In this document: piece after piece, positions 1-9,097 of the stretch
How the letters are laid out: each line of letters begins with the position of its first letter
Position numbering within the stretch: position 1 is the first letter of the stretch
DNA from: an uncultured Clostridia bacterium
Lineage (GTDB): Bacteria > Bacillota > Clostridia > Oscillospirales > Ruminococcaceae
DNA: 46,392 nt
Direction of reading: 5' to 3'
Assembly (NCBI GenBank): GCA_945935925.1
Contig: CAMERU010000001.1
Coordinates: 1-46,392, forward strand
The notes under the pieces: model-generated
What the model was told of the DNA's origin: nothing
The model's input: the letters and a program-made list of their open reading frames with translations, nothing else
Databases searched by the model: none
Translations under genes and position numbers: made by a program

Positions 1-2
1 AG

Positions 3-1076
3 GAGAGAGAGCGTGGTATCACGATCAACACCGCTCACGTTGAGTATGAGACCGACAAGCGTCACTACGCTCACGTTGACTGCCCCGGCCATGCTGACTA
101 TATCAAGAACATGATCACCGGTGCTGCTCAGATGGACGGCGCTATCCTGATCGTTGCAGGTACAGACGGTCCTATGGCTCAGACAAGAGAGCACATTCTG
201 CTCGCTCGTCAGGTTGGCGTTCCTAAGATCGTTGTATTTGTAAACAAGTGCGATGACGTTGACGACTGCACATATGATGAGACAACAGGCGAGTACAAGG
301 ATTCCGAAATGCTCGAGCTGGTTGAGATGGATATCCGCGACGAGCTGACCAAGAACGGCTTCGACGGCGACAACACTCCCGTTATATTCGGTTCCGGCTA
401 CAAGGCTCTGAACTCCACCTCTACCGATCCCAACGCTCCCGAGTATCACTGCATCAAGGAGCTCATGGATGCTGTTGACGAGTATATTCCTACTCCCGAC
501 CGTAAGGAAGATCAGCCGTTCCTGATGCCTGTCGAGGATACTATGACCATCACCGGTCGTGGTACCGTTGCTACAGGCCGTGTAGAGCGTGGCGTTGTTA
601 AGGTTAACGATACCGTTGAGATCACCGGTCTTACCGACGAGCCCAAGTCCACTGTTGTTACAGGTCTTGAGATGTTCAGAAAGACCCTTGACGAGGCTGT
701 TGCAGGCTACAACATCGGTGCTCTGCTCCGTGGTATCACACGTCAGGATATCGAGCGTGGTCAGGTTCTCTGCAAGCCCGGTTCCATTCACCCCCACACC
801 AAGTTCACCGGTCAGGTTTACGTCCTCAAGAAGGAAGAAGGCGGCCGTCATACTCCTTTCGTTTCCAACTACCGTCCTCAGTTCTTCTTCAGAACTACAG
901 ACGTTACAGGCGTAATCACTCTGCCTGCTGACAAGGAAATGTGCATGCCCGGCGATAACGTTGTAATGGATGTTGAGCTCATCACTCCTATCGCTATCGA
1001 GGAAGGTCTGCGTTTCGCTATCCGTGAGGGTGGCAGAACCGTAGGTTCCGGCGTTGTCACCAAGATTAACGCATAA
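3..1076 (+). CDS. tuf: Elongation factor Tu (5'-truncated by window edge)
   Basis: Frame open from nt 3: [15 protein letters not shown]...[70 protein letters not shown]. Confidence 0.99.
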   Translation, partial: ERERGITINTAHVEYETDKRHYAHVDCPGHADYIKNMITGAAQMDGAILIVAGTDGPMAQTREHILLARQVGVPKIVVFVNKCDDVDDCTYDETTGEYKDSEMLELVEMDIRDELTKNGFDGDNTPVIFGSGYKALNSTSTDPNAPEYHCIKELMDAVDEYIPTPDRKEDQPFLMPVEDTMTITGRGTVATGRVERGVVKVNDTVEITGLTDEPKSTVVTGLEMFRKTLDEAVAGYNIGALLRGITRQDIERGQVLCKPGSIHPHTKFTGQVYVLKKEEGGRHTPFVSNYRPQFFFRTTDVTGVITLPADKEMCMPGDNVVMDVELITPIAIEEGLRFAIREGGRTVGSGVVTKINA

Positions 1077-1107
1077 TTGACCGTTGTAACGATCCACTCA
1101 TAAATAA

Positions 1108-1138
1108 GACCGCTTCCCGTAAGGGGAGCGGTTTTTTC
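1108..1138 (+). terminator. Rho-independent terminator after tuf
   Basis: ACCGCTTCCC-GTAA-GGGGAGCGGT hairpin followed by a T-run. Confidence 0.9.
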
Positions 1139-1290
1139 ATGTGTTCATTTTCGGGTTGTCCGTCCGCCCGAGGAGGTAGTCGACGGAGACGTTGTAGAAG
1201 TCAGCAAGGCGGATAAGGGTCTGGGTGGGGATGTCGTGTTCTCCCGTTTAATAGAGCTGTAGGTTCGCCGGAGTGCAAATTTTCTCGGCA
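1137..1290 (-). pseudogene. Decayed XRE/Cro-type HTH regulator fragment
   Basis: Minus strand reads RTYS-(frameshift)-Y-stop-TGEHDIPTQTLIRLADFYNVSVDYLLGRTDNPKMNT-stop, the typical C-terminal half of HTH_3 proteins. In-frame TAA at 1250-1248; no intact start. 5' boundary approximate. Confidence 0.75.
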
Positions 1291-1353
1291 CGACCAACAG
1301 CGCAAATACAATAAAATGCGTCAACTGCGGAAAATATAAAGACTGATTAATAC

Positions 1354-1391
1354 TTGTAATCCCCCGTATTATGTGGTAAAATAATACGGGG
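1354..1391 (+). promoter_or_regulatory. SigA-like promoter of cca overlapped by an 11-bp perfect inverted repeat
   Basis: TTGTAA(1354-59)-17 nt-TAAAAT(1377-82) with TGn extension; CCCCGTATTAT(1362-72) / ATAATACGGGG(1381-91). Confidence 0.6.
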
Positions 1392-1398
1392 TGATTTT

Positions 1399-2724
1399 AT
1401 GCAGATTCCGTCCTACGCGGCGAATATTTTATCCGCGCTCGAAGCCGCCGGTCACGAGGCGTATATCGTCGGCGGCTGCGTCCGCGACAGTATAATGGGC
1501 ATGACGCCGCATGACTACGACATAACCACATCTGCGCTGCCGCAGGAAACGGAGCGCGTTTTCGAGGGCTTCCGAATTATCGAAACAGGTATAAAGCACG
1601 GCACGATAACCGTTCTTTCCGAGGATCGACCCGTCGAGATCACGACCTTCCGCGTCGACGGACAGTACAAGGACTGCCGCCATCCGCAGAGCGTGACATT
1701 CACCGCGAATATCCGCGACGACCTCTCCCGACGCGACTTCACCATGAACGGCATCGCTTACAGCCCGACGCGCGGTAAAATCGACCCGTTCGGCGGCGAG
1801 GAGGATATATCCCGCCGAATTATACGCTGTATCGGCGATCCCGACAGGCGGTTCGGCGAGGACGCGCTAAGAATATTGCGCGCGCTCAGGTTCGCCTCGG
1901 TGCTTGGGTTTGAAATTGAAAATCAGACCGCGCAGTCTATACGCAGAAATTGTTCCCTGCTGAAAAAGGTGTCCTCGGAGCGCATTCTGACCGAGCTGAA
2001 ACGGCTTATATGCGGGGAAAATGTGCTTGATGTGCTGCTCGGCTTTCCCGAGGTTTTTTCCGAAATAATACCGCAGCTTGCCCCCATGGTGGGTTACGGG
2101 CAGGGCTCGCGCTACCATGACAGCGACCTATATACCCACACGGCGCGTGCAGTCGCGGCGGCAGTGCCACAGCCCGCGCTGCGGCTCGCAATGCTGCTTC
2201 ATGACACGGGAAAGCCGTCCTGCCGCAGCACCGATGAAAAAGGCGAGTGCCATTATTACGGTCACGCCGAAAAAAGCGCCGTTATCGCCGGGAATGTCCT
2301 TCGCGGGCTGAAATGCGACAACGCGCTGCGTGAGCGCGTCTGCGAGATCGTAAGGTTCCATGATATCCCGATAGAGCTTTCGGAAAAGTATATACGGCGG
2401 CAGCTGTCGCGCCACGGGCTTTCGTTGCTGACGGACATTTTCCGCGCGCATATCGCCGATGACAGCGCAAAGCAGCCGTTTTGCCGCGAGCGCATACCCG
2501 TCGCAGAGCAGGCGATAACGCTTGCCGAAAATATAAGCGCGCAATCGCCCTGCGTTTCGCTCAAACAGCTTGCCGTGCGGGGTGAGGATATTCGGGAGAT
2601 AGTCCCGCCGTCCCCCGAAATGGGGCGGATATTGAATACGCTACTCGGCGAGGTGATAGACGGAGCGCTGCCCAATGAGCGGAGCGCTCTCCTGAAAAGA
2701 GCCGCGCAGCTTGCTTCAAAATAA
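1399..2724 (+). CDS. cca: CCA tRNA nucleotidyltransferase (class II) with HD domain
   Basis: YIVGGCVRD, DYDITT, VEITTFR, DLSRRDFTMN, EDALRILRALRF; HD motif YTHT...LLHDTGKP. Confidence 0.92.
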   Translation: MQIPSYAANILSALEAAGHEAYIVGGCVRDSIMGMTPHDYDITTSALPQETERVFEGFRIIETGIKHGTITVLSEDRPVEITTFRVDGQYKDCRHPQSVTFTANIRDDLSRRDFTMNGIAYSPTRGKIDPFGGEEDISRRIIRCIGDPDRRFGEDALRILRALRFASVLGFEIENQTAQSIRRNCSLLKKVSSERILTELKRLICGENVLDVLLGFPEVFSEIIPQLAPMVGYGQGSRYHDSDLYTHTARAVAAAVPQPALRLAMLLHDTGKPSCRSTDEKGECHYYGHAEKSAVIAGNVLRGLKCDNALRERVCEIVRFHDIPIELSEKYIRRQLSRHGLSLLTDIFRAHIADDSAKQPFCRERIPVAEQAITLAENISAQSPCVSLKQLAVRGEDIREIVPPSPEMGRILNTLLGEVIDGALPNERSALLKRAAQLASK

Positions 2725-2777
2725 TTATGAACATCATTCAATTAATGCTTTTCTTGAATATTTGTTAAATTTGCCTA

Positions 2778-2806
2778 TTGAAAACGTTTTACTTTTATTG
2801 TATTAT
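2778..2806 (+). promoter_or_regulatory. SigA-like promoter with LacI/cre-type operator over the -35
   Basis: TTGAAA(2778-83)-17 nt-TATTAT(2801-06); palindrome TGAAAACGTTTTAC at 2779-2792. Confidence 0.6.
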
Positions 2807-2888
2807 ATATATAAAGACTAATGTAATAACTGCGCGTTTTCATGGATAAGCGCGGTCGTTTGCAGTGTGACAATACGAGGTGAGCCTT

Positions 2889-3884
2889 TTGAATATTACG
2901 ATAAAAGATGTTGCGAAAGCGGCTAATGTTTCGGTAGCAACTGTTTCGCGTGTGCTTAACAAAAAGACCAACGTGTCCGACGAGGCAGTGCAGGCGGTAA
3001 ACCGCGCTGTCGAGCAGCTGGGTTACAGCCCGAACTTCCTCGGGCGTGACCTGCGGAAAAGCGAGACCAAGCGAATACTTGCCATAATCGCCTCGACGGA
3101 GCAGAGCTTCTATTCAGAGGTGCTGCGCGGTATGCAGGACGCGGGCTACGCGCAGGGCTATGACGTGCTTATCGCAACGACAAGGGACGATCCCGAGCAT
3201 GAAATGCACCTGCTCGGAATGCTGTTTTCAAAGGCAGTCGACGGCGCCGTGCTGCTTGCGCCGAAGCTTGACAGCGCGACTATATCGGAGCTTGCCAAGA
3301 AATATCAGCTTGCAATGTGCCTTGAACGCCTTGACGGCTGTGAGATACTCTGCGTAACGATAGACAACGAGCGCGCCGGCTATGACGCGACAACATACCT
3401 TATCCGAAAGGGAAGAAAGCGCATAGGTCTCATTACCACCAAAGCGAGAACGCAGTCCTCTATCGACCGCGAGAACGGTTACAGGCGCGCGCTTTCCGAG
3501 GCGGGGATACCGTATGACGAGAACCTTGTATATTACGGCGGTTATGACGTTGAAACGGGAACGGCGGGCTGTGAGGCGCTGATGCAGCTTGACGACAAGC
3601 CCGACGCGATTTTCTCTATATCCGATACCATTTCCATCGGCGCGATGACCTACGCGCTGCGCCGCGGAATAACCATCGGAAAGGAGATTTTGTTCTTCGG
3701 GTTTGACAACATTGCGTACTCGCATATGTTCATTCCGCGCCTTTCAACGGTAGAGCAGCCCTGCTACCTGCAAGGCAAGACCGTTATCGAAAAGCTTATT
3801 GAGAACATGAGATCCGACACTAAGGATAAATCGACGTATATGCTGCCGCATTCGCTTATTTTAAGAGAATCCACGGGTGATTAA
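2889..3884 (+). CDS. LacI-family transcriptional regulator
   Basis: ITIKDVAKAANVSVATVSRVLN HTH, YSPN hinge, periplasmic-binding-protein-like domain (GFDN, PRLSTVEQP, LILREST). TTG 2889 chosen because GAGGTG lies 6 nt upstream. Confidence 0.93.
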   Translation: MNITIKDVAKAANVSVATVSRVLNKKTNVSDEAVQAVNRAVEQLGYSPNFLGRDLRKSETKRILAIIASTEQSFYSEVLRGMQDAGYAQGYDVLIATTRDDPEHEMHLLGMLFSKAVDGAVLLAPKLDSATISELAKKYQLAMCLERLDGCEILCVTIDNERAGYDATTYLIRKGRKRIGLITTKARTQSSIDRENGYRRALSEAGIPYDENLVYYGGYDVETGTAGCEALMQLDDKPDAIFSISDTISIGAMTYALRRGITIGKEILFFGFDNIAYSHMFIPRLSTVEQPCYLQGKTVIEKLIENMRSDTKDKSTYMLPHSLILRESTGD

Positions 3885-3888
3885 TAAG

Positions 3889-3920
3889 AAACAGCCGCCC
3901 GAAAAACGGGCGGCTTTGTT
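3889..3920. terminator. Terminator between convergent LacI gene and spoIIR
   Basis: AGCCGCCCG-AAAAA-CGGGCGGCT with A-rich and T-rich flanks. Confidence 0.8.
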
Positions 3921-3930
3921 GTCCTATGTG

Positions 3931-4536
3931 TCATCTGCCATTCCCGAACAGCCCCGAAAGCCATTCGTACAGCGCAAATCTGACCTTTATCTTAACGGGC
4001 TGCTCAAAATCTGCGGGAATGCTTTCCGCCTCCTCGGCGCTAAGCGGCTCCGACACGGCAGGCAGACACAGCGACGGGAATATCACGCACCACCAATTGT
4101 GCCCCTCCCCGCTTCCGAGGGTTATCCTAAGCGCGGTGTAGTTCCCCGCAGGGAGGATAACGCGGTCGTATTCACGAGTTGTGAAGTACATTTCCACAAG
4201 CTCGGCGCGGGCGGAATAGCCGACGCCGCGCTCTGCAAGAAATTCCCGGCAGTCCGCCTCTATTTCGGGGAGAAGCCCGCCGACGGTGTTTTTCGCCTCG
4301 TCAAGCGAGCCGCAGCCCGACAGCGCAGCGCCGTATTTTTCGAGCAGGAAATCGCGCAGCGCAAGCTTTATCCGCTGATCCTCGTCGCTGTCGGAGTTCG
4401 CGGGGATATGCAGCCGAAGCACCTCGGAGGGTATTTCCTCGCATTCCCGCGAGAACGCGGAAAAGCTCCCGAGTATGACCGACGCGGCTATTCCTGCCGC
4501 CATTGCAAGCGTAAGCGCACAGTTTCTTAATTTCAT
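3931..4536 (-). CDS. spoIIR: Stage II sporulation protein R
   Basis: Signal peptide; VLRLHIPANSDSDEDQRIKL, LPAGNYTALRITLGSGEGHNWWCVIFPSLC. Confidence 0.95.
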   Translation of the reverse strand: MKLRNCALTLAMAAGIAASVILGSFSAFSRECEEIPSEVLRLHIPANSDSDEDQRIKLALRDFLLEKYGAALSGCGSLDEAKNTVGGLLPEIEADCREFLAERGVGYSARAELVEMYFTTREYDRVILPAGNYTALRITLGSGEGHNWWCVIFPSLCLPAVSEPLSAEEAESIPADFEQPVKIKVRFALYEWLSGLFGNGR

Positions 4537-4615
4537 TTTATTAACCTCCGTATGTAATTTCTGCCAGTATTATTGGAGCAATTTGTGTATTTAATCAACC
4601 CGAAAGGAGCTATCC

Positions 4616-5974
4616 ATGAAAAAATGTTTCCTTGCGTTAACGCTGTCGCTGCTGCTTCTGACGGGCTGCGGCGGGAATGATTTGCCGCAGTCCGATGTAT
4701 CGGGGAATATTTCCGACGGAACACACGGCACAGTTGCCGATACCGAAACGGTGACTTCCGAAAGCTTATCGGGCGAAAAAGGTTCGGGCGGTGTTTACGA
4801 GGGGGATAATTCGGGAGATGACCTTTCGGGCGAAAATGGTTCGAGCGGCGCTTTCGGGGGTAATAATGCGGTTGACAGCATTTCGGACGGGACTTCTTCG
4901 GCGGACACGGCTGTGTCCAACGTCGGCGGGGTGGTGCTTGCCGACCCGGAATATAAGAAGCTTAAAGAAATGATAACCTTCGACGGGGAATTTACGACGC
5001 TTGCGGATATCGGCGCAAAAGTCACCGAAACAGTGCCGAAGGAGCATTTGTCGAACGGTTCCTCGGAAAGCGATGTTTATTTTGAGATAATAGGCGCACA
5101 GGACGAGTGCGTTTATTTTCAGATCTATGATTATTCCGACCCCGATAATGCCGCACCCTGCGTTGTTGAATACAACGCCGAAACCGCCGCTTATACCACC
5201 GTGTGGAGCCAAGACATCTCATATATCGTTTATGCCGACAAGGACTTCATAATTTACGCCGATGACAGCCGCTACCGTATATACTGCCGCGGCGAGGACA
5301 AGGACCTTGCCATGCCGGATATGTATGTCGGACTGCCGGTTTATCGCATGGGCAAGAGCCTTTTCTTCAATTATAACGCCCAGATATACGACGATGCGAA
5401 CGACCGCATGACGAGCGTGAATTATGTCTGCCGCTTCGCTCCGCTGACCGATTACTGTTCTGTCGTTTATGACAACGGCTGTCTTTACGGCGCGAGCGAT
5501 AAAGGAATGTGCCTTGGGATAAACGGCTCGATATGCTACGCAAATCCCGTATATGACCCGAATACCACGGGCGAATACCCTTTCGGCGCCGCGGCGATGG
5601 ATATGGCGGGGGAATACCCGACCTACACCGTCCTGTGGAATACCGACGCGCTCGGCGATAAATACGAGGTGGGGTATTACCCGCACTACCTTGTGCGCAA
5701 GCCGCTGCTAAGGACGCAGTATAATACTAATGTGTACGTCACGGCGGTGACGGAGGATAAAGCGGCTGTGGCGCTGCTTCAGGCAAAGGGACAGTATAAT
5801 TTCTGCGCGGCGGTGATAGACAGCGTGAACAAAAAAGCGGCGCTGCTTGACTCGGATCTGTTTTATGAGTTTTATGACATATATTCAAGCGGCAGCTATG
5901 TGCATATCATATCCTATAAAGCTACCTTTGAGCCGGCGATAACCACGATAAAAACCACCGATATGGGGGAATAA
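4616..5974 (+). CDS. Hypothetical lipoprotein
   Basis: MKK + hydrophobic stretch + LLTGC lipobox; S/G/D-rich linker; Tyr/Asp-rich beta-strand-like body; AAGGAG RBS. Confidence 0.8.
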   Translation: MKKCFLALTLSLLLLTGCGGNDLPQSDVSGNISDGTHGTVADTETVTSESLSGEKGSGGVYEGDNSGDDLSGENGSSGAFGGNNAVDSISDGTSSADTAVSNVGGVVLADPEYKKLKEMITFDGEFTTLADIGAKVTETVPKEHLSNGSSESDVYFEIIGAQDECVYFQIYDYSDPDNAAPCVVEYNAETAAYTTVWSQDISYIVYADKDFIIYADDSRYRIYCRGEDKDLAMPDMYVGLPVYRMGKSLFFNYNAQIYDDANDRMTSVNYVCRFAPLTDYCSVVYDNGCLYGASDKGMCLGINGSICYANPVYDPNTTGEYPFGAAAMDMAGEYPTYTVLWNTDALGDKYEVGYYPHYLVRKPLLRTQYNTNVYVTAVTEDKAAVALLQAKGQYNFCAAVIDSVNKKAALLDSDLFYEFYDIYSSGSYVHIISYKATFEPAITTIKTTDMGE

Positions 5975-6032
5975 TATAAGGGCAGGAATATGCTTCTTGT
6001 CGGTAAAACATGGGTAAATTAAGAAAAACACC

Positions 6033-6061
6033 TTGAAATATTATCGCGTATGCTGTATAAT
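6033..6061 (+). promoter_or_regulatory. SigA promoter of hprK operon
   Basis: TTGAAA-17 nt-TATAAT. Confidence 0.75.
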
Positions 6062-6129
6062 GATAATAGCGGTGTATTTTATCCGCAGGAAAAAAGCGGG
6101 CTTCCTCCCGCACAGGAAAGGACGATATT

Positions 6130-7101
6130 ATGCCCCTTGAAGAGATAAACAGAGAGTTTTCGTTCCCGCTTCAGAAGCTGGTAGACGAGTTCCGTTTAGA
6201 GGTGCTCTATATGCCCGAGAACGGCGGGAACGCCCTCATAACAAATAACGACACAAACCGCCCCGGGCTTCAGTTTGCGGGCTTTTATGAATACTTCGAC
6301 AACAAGCGTATTCAGGTGCTCGGAAAAATGGAATACGCCTATCTTTCGGGACTTGACGCGGACGTAAGAAGAAAGCGTATCGAGGATCTGCTGAGCTACC
6401 GTTTCCCCGCGCTCATCATTTCGAGAAACCTTGACGTTTTCCCCGAAATGCTTGAGCTTGCGCCGAATTACGGTATCCCGATTTTAAGAAGCGAGGAGAG
6501 CACCTCAGTGCTTATATCAAAGCTGGTTGCATTCCTCAATATGCAGCTTGCGCCGAGGATAACCCGCCACGGCGTTCTGATCGAGATATACGGCGAGGGC
6601 GTTCTCATTCTCGGCGAGAGCGGCGTCGGAAAGAGCGAAACGGCGATAGAGCTTGTTAAGCGTGGTCACCGCCTTATCGCGGACGACGCCGTTGAAATAA
6701 AAAAGGCGAGCAACATCACCCTCGTGGGCAGCTCTCCCGACAATATCAGACACTTTCTCGAGCTGCGCGGCATCGGCATTGTCAACGCGCGTCAGCTGTT
6801 CGGTATCGGCGCGGTCAAGATGTCGGAGAAGATCGACATGGTGGTTGAAATGGAGCTCTGGAATCCCGAAAAGACCTACGACCGCATGGGCGTTGACACG
6901 CACTATATGACCATTCTCGGCGTAAAGGTGCCGCTGCTCAATATCCCCGTAAAGCCCGGACGTAACCTCGCGGTAATACTTGAAGTCGCGGCAATGAACA
7001 ACCGACAGAAGAAGATGGGCTACAACGCGGCGAAGGACCTGCTCGCACAGCTCGGCATAGATTCGGACAGTCAGGAAATTATGTCCGACCTCAATATCTG
7101 A
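6130..7101 (+). CDS. hprK: HPr(Ser) kinase/phosphorylase
   Basis: NRPGLQFAG, HGVLIEIYGEGVLILGESGVGKSETAIELVKRGHRLIADD, IPVKPGRNLAVILEVAAMN. Confidence 0.97.
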   Translation: MPLEEINREFSFPLQKLVDEFRLEVLYMPENGGNALITNNDTNRPGLQFAGFYEYFDNKRIQVLGKMEYAYLSGLDADVRRKRIEDLLSYRFPALIISRNLDVFPEMLELAPNYGIPILRSEESTSVLISKLVAFLNMQLAPRITRHGVLIEIYGEGVLILGESGVGKSETAIELVKRGHRLIADDAVEIKKASNITLVGSSPDNIRHFLELRGIGIVNARQLFGIGAVKMSEKIDMVVEMELWNPEKTYDRMGVDTHYMTILGVKVPLLNIPVKPGRNLAVILEVAAMNNRQKKMGYNAAKDLLAQLGIDSDSQEIMSDLNI

Positions 7102-7125
7102 TAAACGAAAGGAAACGACAGAATA

Positions 7126-8079
7126 ATGTACAACATAGGCATTGACCTCGGCGGGACAAACATCAAGGTTGGTCTTGTAGACGAGGAATATAACATCATT
7201 GCAAAGGCGACGACAAAGACAGACCTTCCCCGGCCTGCAGAGGAGATATGCGGCTCGATAGTTGAAACCGTGTGGGAGGTATTAAATCAGGCGAAGGTAA
7301 CGATAGGAGAGGTAAACTCTATCGGTATCGGCACCCCCGGCACAGCCAACAGAAACAGCGGTATCGTTCTGTATTCCTGCAACCTCGGCTTTAAGAACAC
7401 CGACCTGCGCTCCATTATCAAGGGAAAGCTCGGCAAGGAAGTTTATGTTGAGAACGACGCGAACGCGGCGGCGTTCGGCGAGGTGCTCGCGGGAGCGGGC
7501 AAGGGATACAGGGACGTTGTTGTCGTAACGCTCGGCACGGGCGTCGGCGGCGGCATTATTATTGACGGCAAGATATACACCGGATTCAATTTCTGCGGCG
7601 CGGAGCTCGGTCACACCGTTATCCGGTTCGGCGGCAGACAGTGCGGCTGCGGCAGAAAGGGCTGCTTTGAAGCATATTCCTCCGCGACAGCGCTTATCAA
7701 CATGACAAAAGAGGGCATGGAGGCTCACCCCGACAGCAAGATGTGGGAGATAGCGGGCTCTCTTGACGGCGTTGACGGAAAGACGGCGTTCGACGGCTGG
7801 AGAGCGGGCGACGCTGCCGCAAGCGCTGTCGTTGATATGTACATAGAATACCTCGGCTGCGGTCTTACGAATATCGTCAACACATTCCAGCCCGAAATGC
7901 TGCTTATCGGCGGCGGTATCTGCAAGGAGGGCGAAAACCTCACCAAGCCGCTCGAGAAGATACTCGCGCGCGACAGCTACTGCATTGACCCCGAAAGAAG
8001 CACAAAGCTTGATATCGCGAAGCTCGGCAATGACGCGGGAATAATAGGCGCGGCATATTTATATACTATTGCAGAGTGA
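7126..8079 (+). CDS. ROK-family sugar kinase (glucokinase)
   Basis: GIDLGGT, ENDANAAAFGE, TLGTGVGGG, ELGH...CGCGRKGCFEAY, LGNDAGIIGAA. Confidence 0.92.
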   Translation: MYNIGIDLGGTNIKVGLVDEEYNIIAKATTKTDLPRPAEEICGSIVETVWEVLNQAKVTIGEVNSIGIGTPGTANRNSGIVLYSCNLGFKNTDLRSIIKGKLGKEVYVENDANAAAFGEVLAGAGKGYRDVVVVTLGTGVGGGIIIDGKIYTGFNFCGAELGHTVIRFGGRQCGCGRKGCFEAYSSATALINMTKEGMEAHPDSKMWEIAGSLDGVDGKTAFDGWRAGDAAASAVVDMYIEYLGCGLTNIVNTFQPEMLLIGGGICKEGENLTKPLEKILARDSYCIDPERSTKLDIAKLGNDAGIIGAAYLYTIAE

Positions 8080-8126
8080 TAATTCATCGGGTATGATACT
8101 TATGGGGGACGGAATTATTCGTCCCC
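8069..8126 (+). promoter_or_regulatory. Internal SigA-like promoter for murB followed by a 5' hairpin
   Basis: TTGCAG(8069-74)-17 nt-TATGAT(8092-97); hairpin GGGGACGGA-ATTA-TTCGTCCCC at 8105-8126. Confidence 0.5.
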
Positions 8127-8163
8127 GTTTGTCGGTAAAACAACACCAACGGAGGGAAATGCC

Positions 8164-9096
8164 TTGAAATATTCCGCAATTGAAACGGTATGCAGGGAGA
8201 GCGGCTCCCCGTGCGTGCGCGGCTCTGCCATCGCGCCGTACACTTCCATGAAGATAGGCGGGGAATGCGACCTGTTCTGCGAGCCGTCGGGCGAGGACGC
8301 GCTGCGTGCCGTGCTGCGCGCCTGCCGCAGCGAGGGCATACCGTATTTCATTCTCGGCAGGGGCAGCAATGTCCTTTTCAGCGGGAACGGCTTCCGCGGC
8401 TGCATAGTCCATATAGGGAAAATGCTCGGCGGCATTTCCGCCGCCGGCGACATTGTTACCGCGGGCGCGGGCGAGAGCCTGTCGGCTGTCTGCCTTGCGG
8501 CGCTGGAGCGGGGGCTTTCGGGCATGGAATTTGCCTACGGCATACCCGGCTCGGTGGGCGGCGCGCTGTATATGAACGCGGGCGCATACGGCGGAGAAAT
8601 GAAGGACGTCGTTACCTCCTGCCGCTGTATCCGCGCTGACGGGAGCATTGCGGACATTCCCGCAGAGGAAATGAAGCTGCGCTACCGCGGGAGCATTTTC
8701 TCCGAGGGCGGCTATGTTATCCTTTCGGTGAGCTTTAAGCTGTGCAAGGGCGACAGGGAGGCGATAAAGGCGCGCATGGACGACCTCATGAGCCGCCGCC
8801 GCGAAAAGCAGCCGCTGGAATATCCCTCCTGCGGGAGCACGTTCAAGCGCCCCGAGGGCTATTTTGCCGCCGCGCTTATCGAGGAATGCGGGCTTAAAGG
8901 CTGCTCCGTCGGCGGCGCACAGGTTAGCGAAAAGCACAGCGGATTTGTTATAAATAAAGGCGGCGCGACCTTTGAGGACGTGACCGCGCTGGTGGAGCAC
9001 ATAAAGAAAACTGTTCTGGAGCGTAAGGGTGTTGCGCTTGAATGCGAAATGCTCATTGTCCCCGAAAGGGCGGAACAGACAGGAGCGTCTGAATAA
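8164..9096 (+). CDS. murB: UDP-N-acetylenolpyruvoylglucosamine reductase
   Basis: YTSMKIGG, LGRGSNVL, GIPGSVGGALYMNAGAYG, QPLEYPSCGSTFKRP, VSEKHSGF; TTG start after GGAGG. Confidence 0.96.
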   Translation: MKYSAIETVCRESGSPCVRGSAIAPYTSMKIGGECDLFCEPSGEDALRAVLRACRSEGIPYFILGRGSNVLFSGNGFRGCIVHIGKMLGGISAAGDIVTAGAGESLSAVCLAALERGLSGMEFAYGIPGSVGGALYMNAGAYGGEMKDVVTSCRCIRADGSIADIPAEEMKLRYRGSIFSEGGYVILSVSFKLCKGDREAIKARMDDLMSRRREKQPLEYPSCGSTFKRPEGYFAAALIEECGLKGCSVGGAQVSEKHSGFVINKGGATFEDVTALVEHIKKTVLERKGVALECEMLIVPERAEQTGASE

Positions 9097-9097
9097 T

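Noticed and set aside
4537-4615. SigF promoter expected for spoIIR
   Set aside because: Only a weak GATTA...CAATAATA match; not enough to call.
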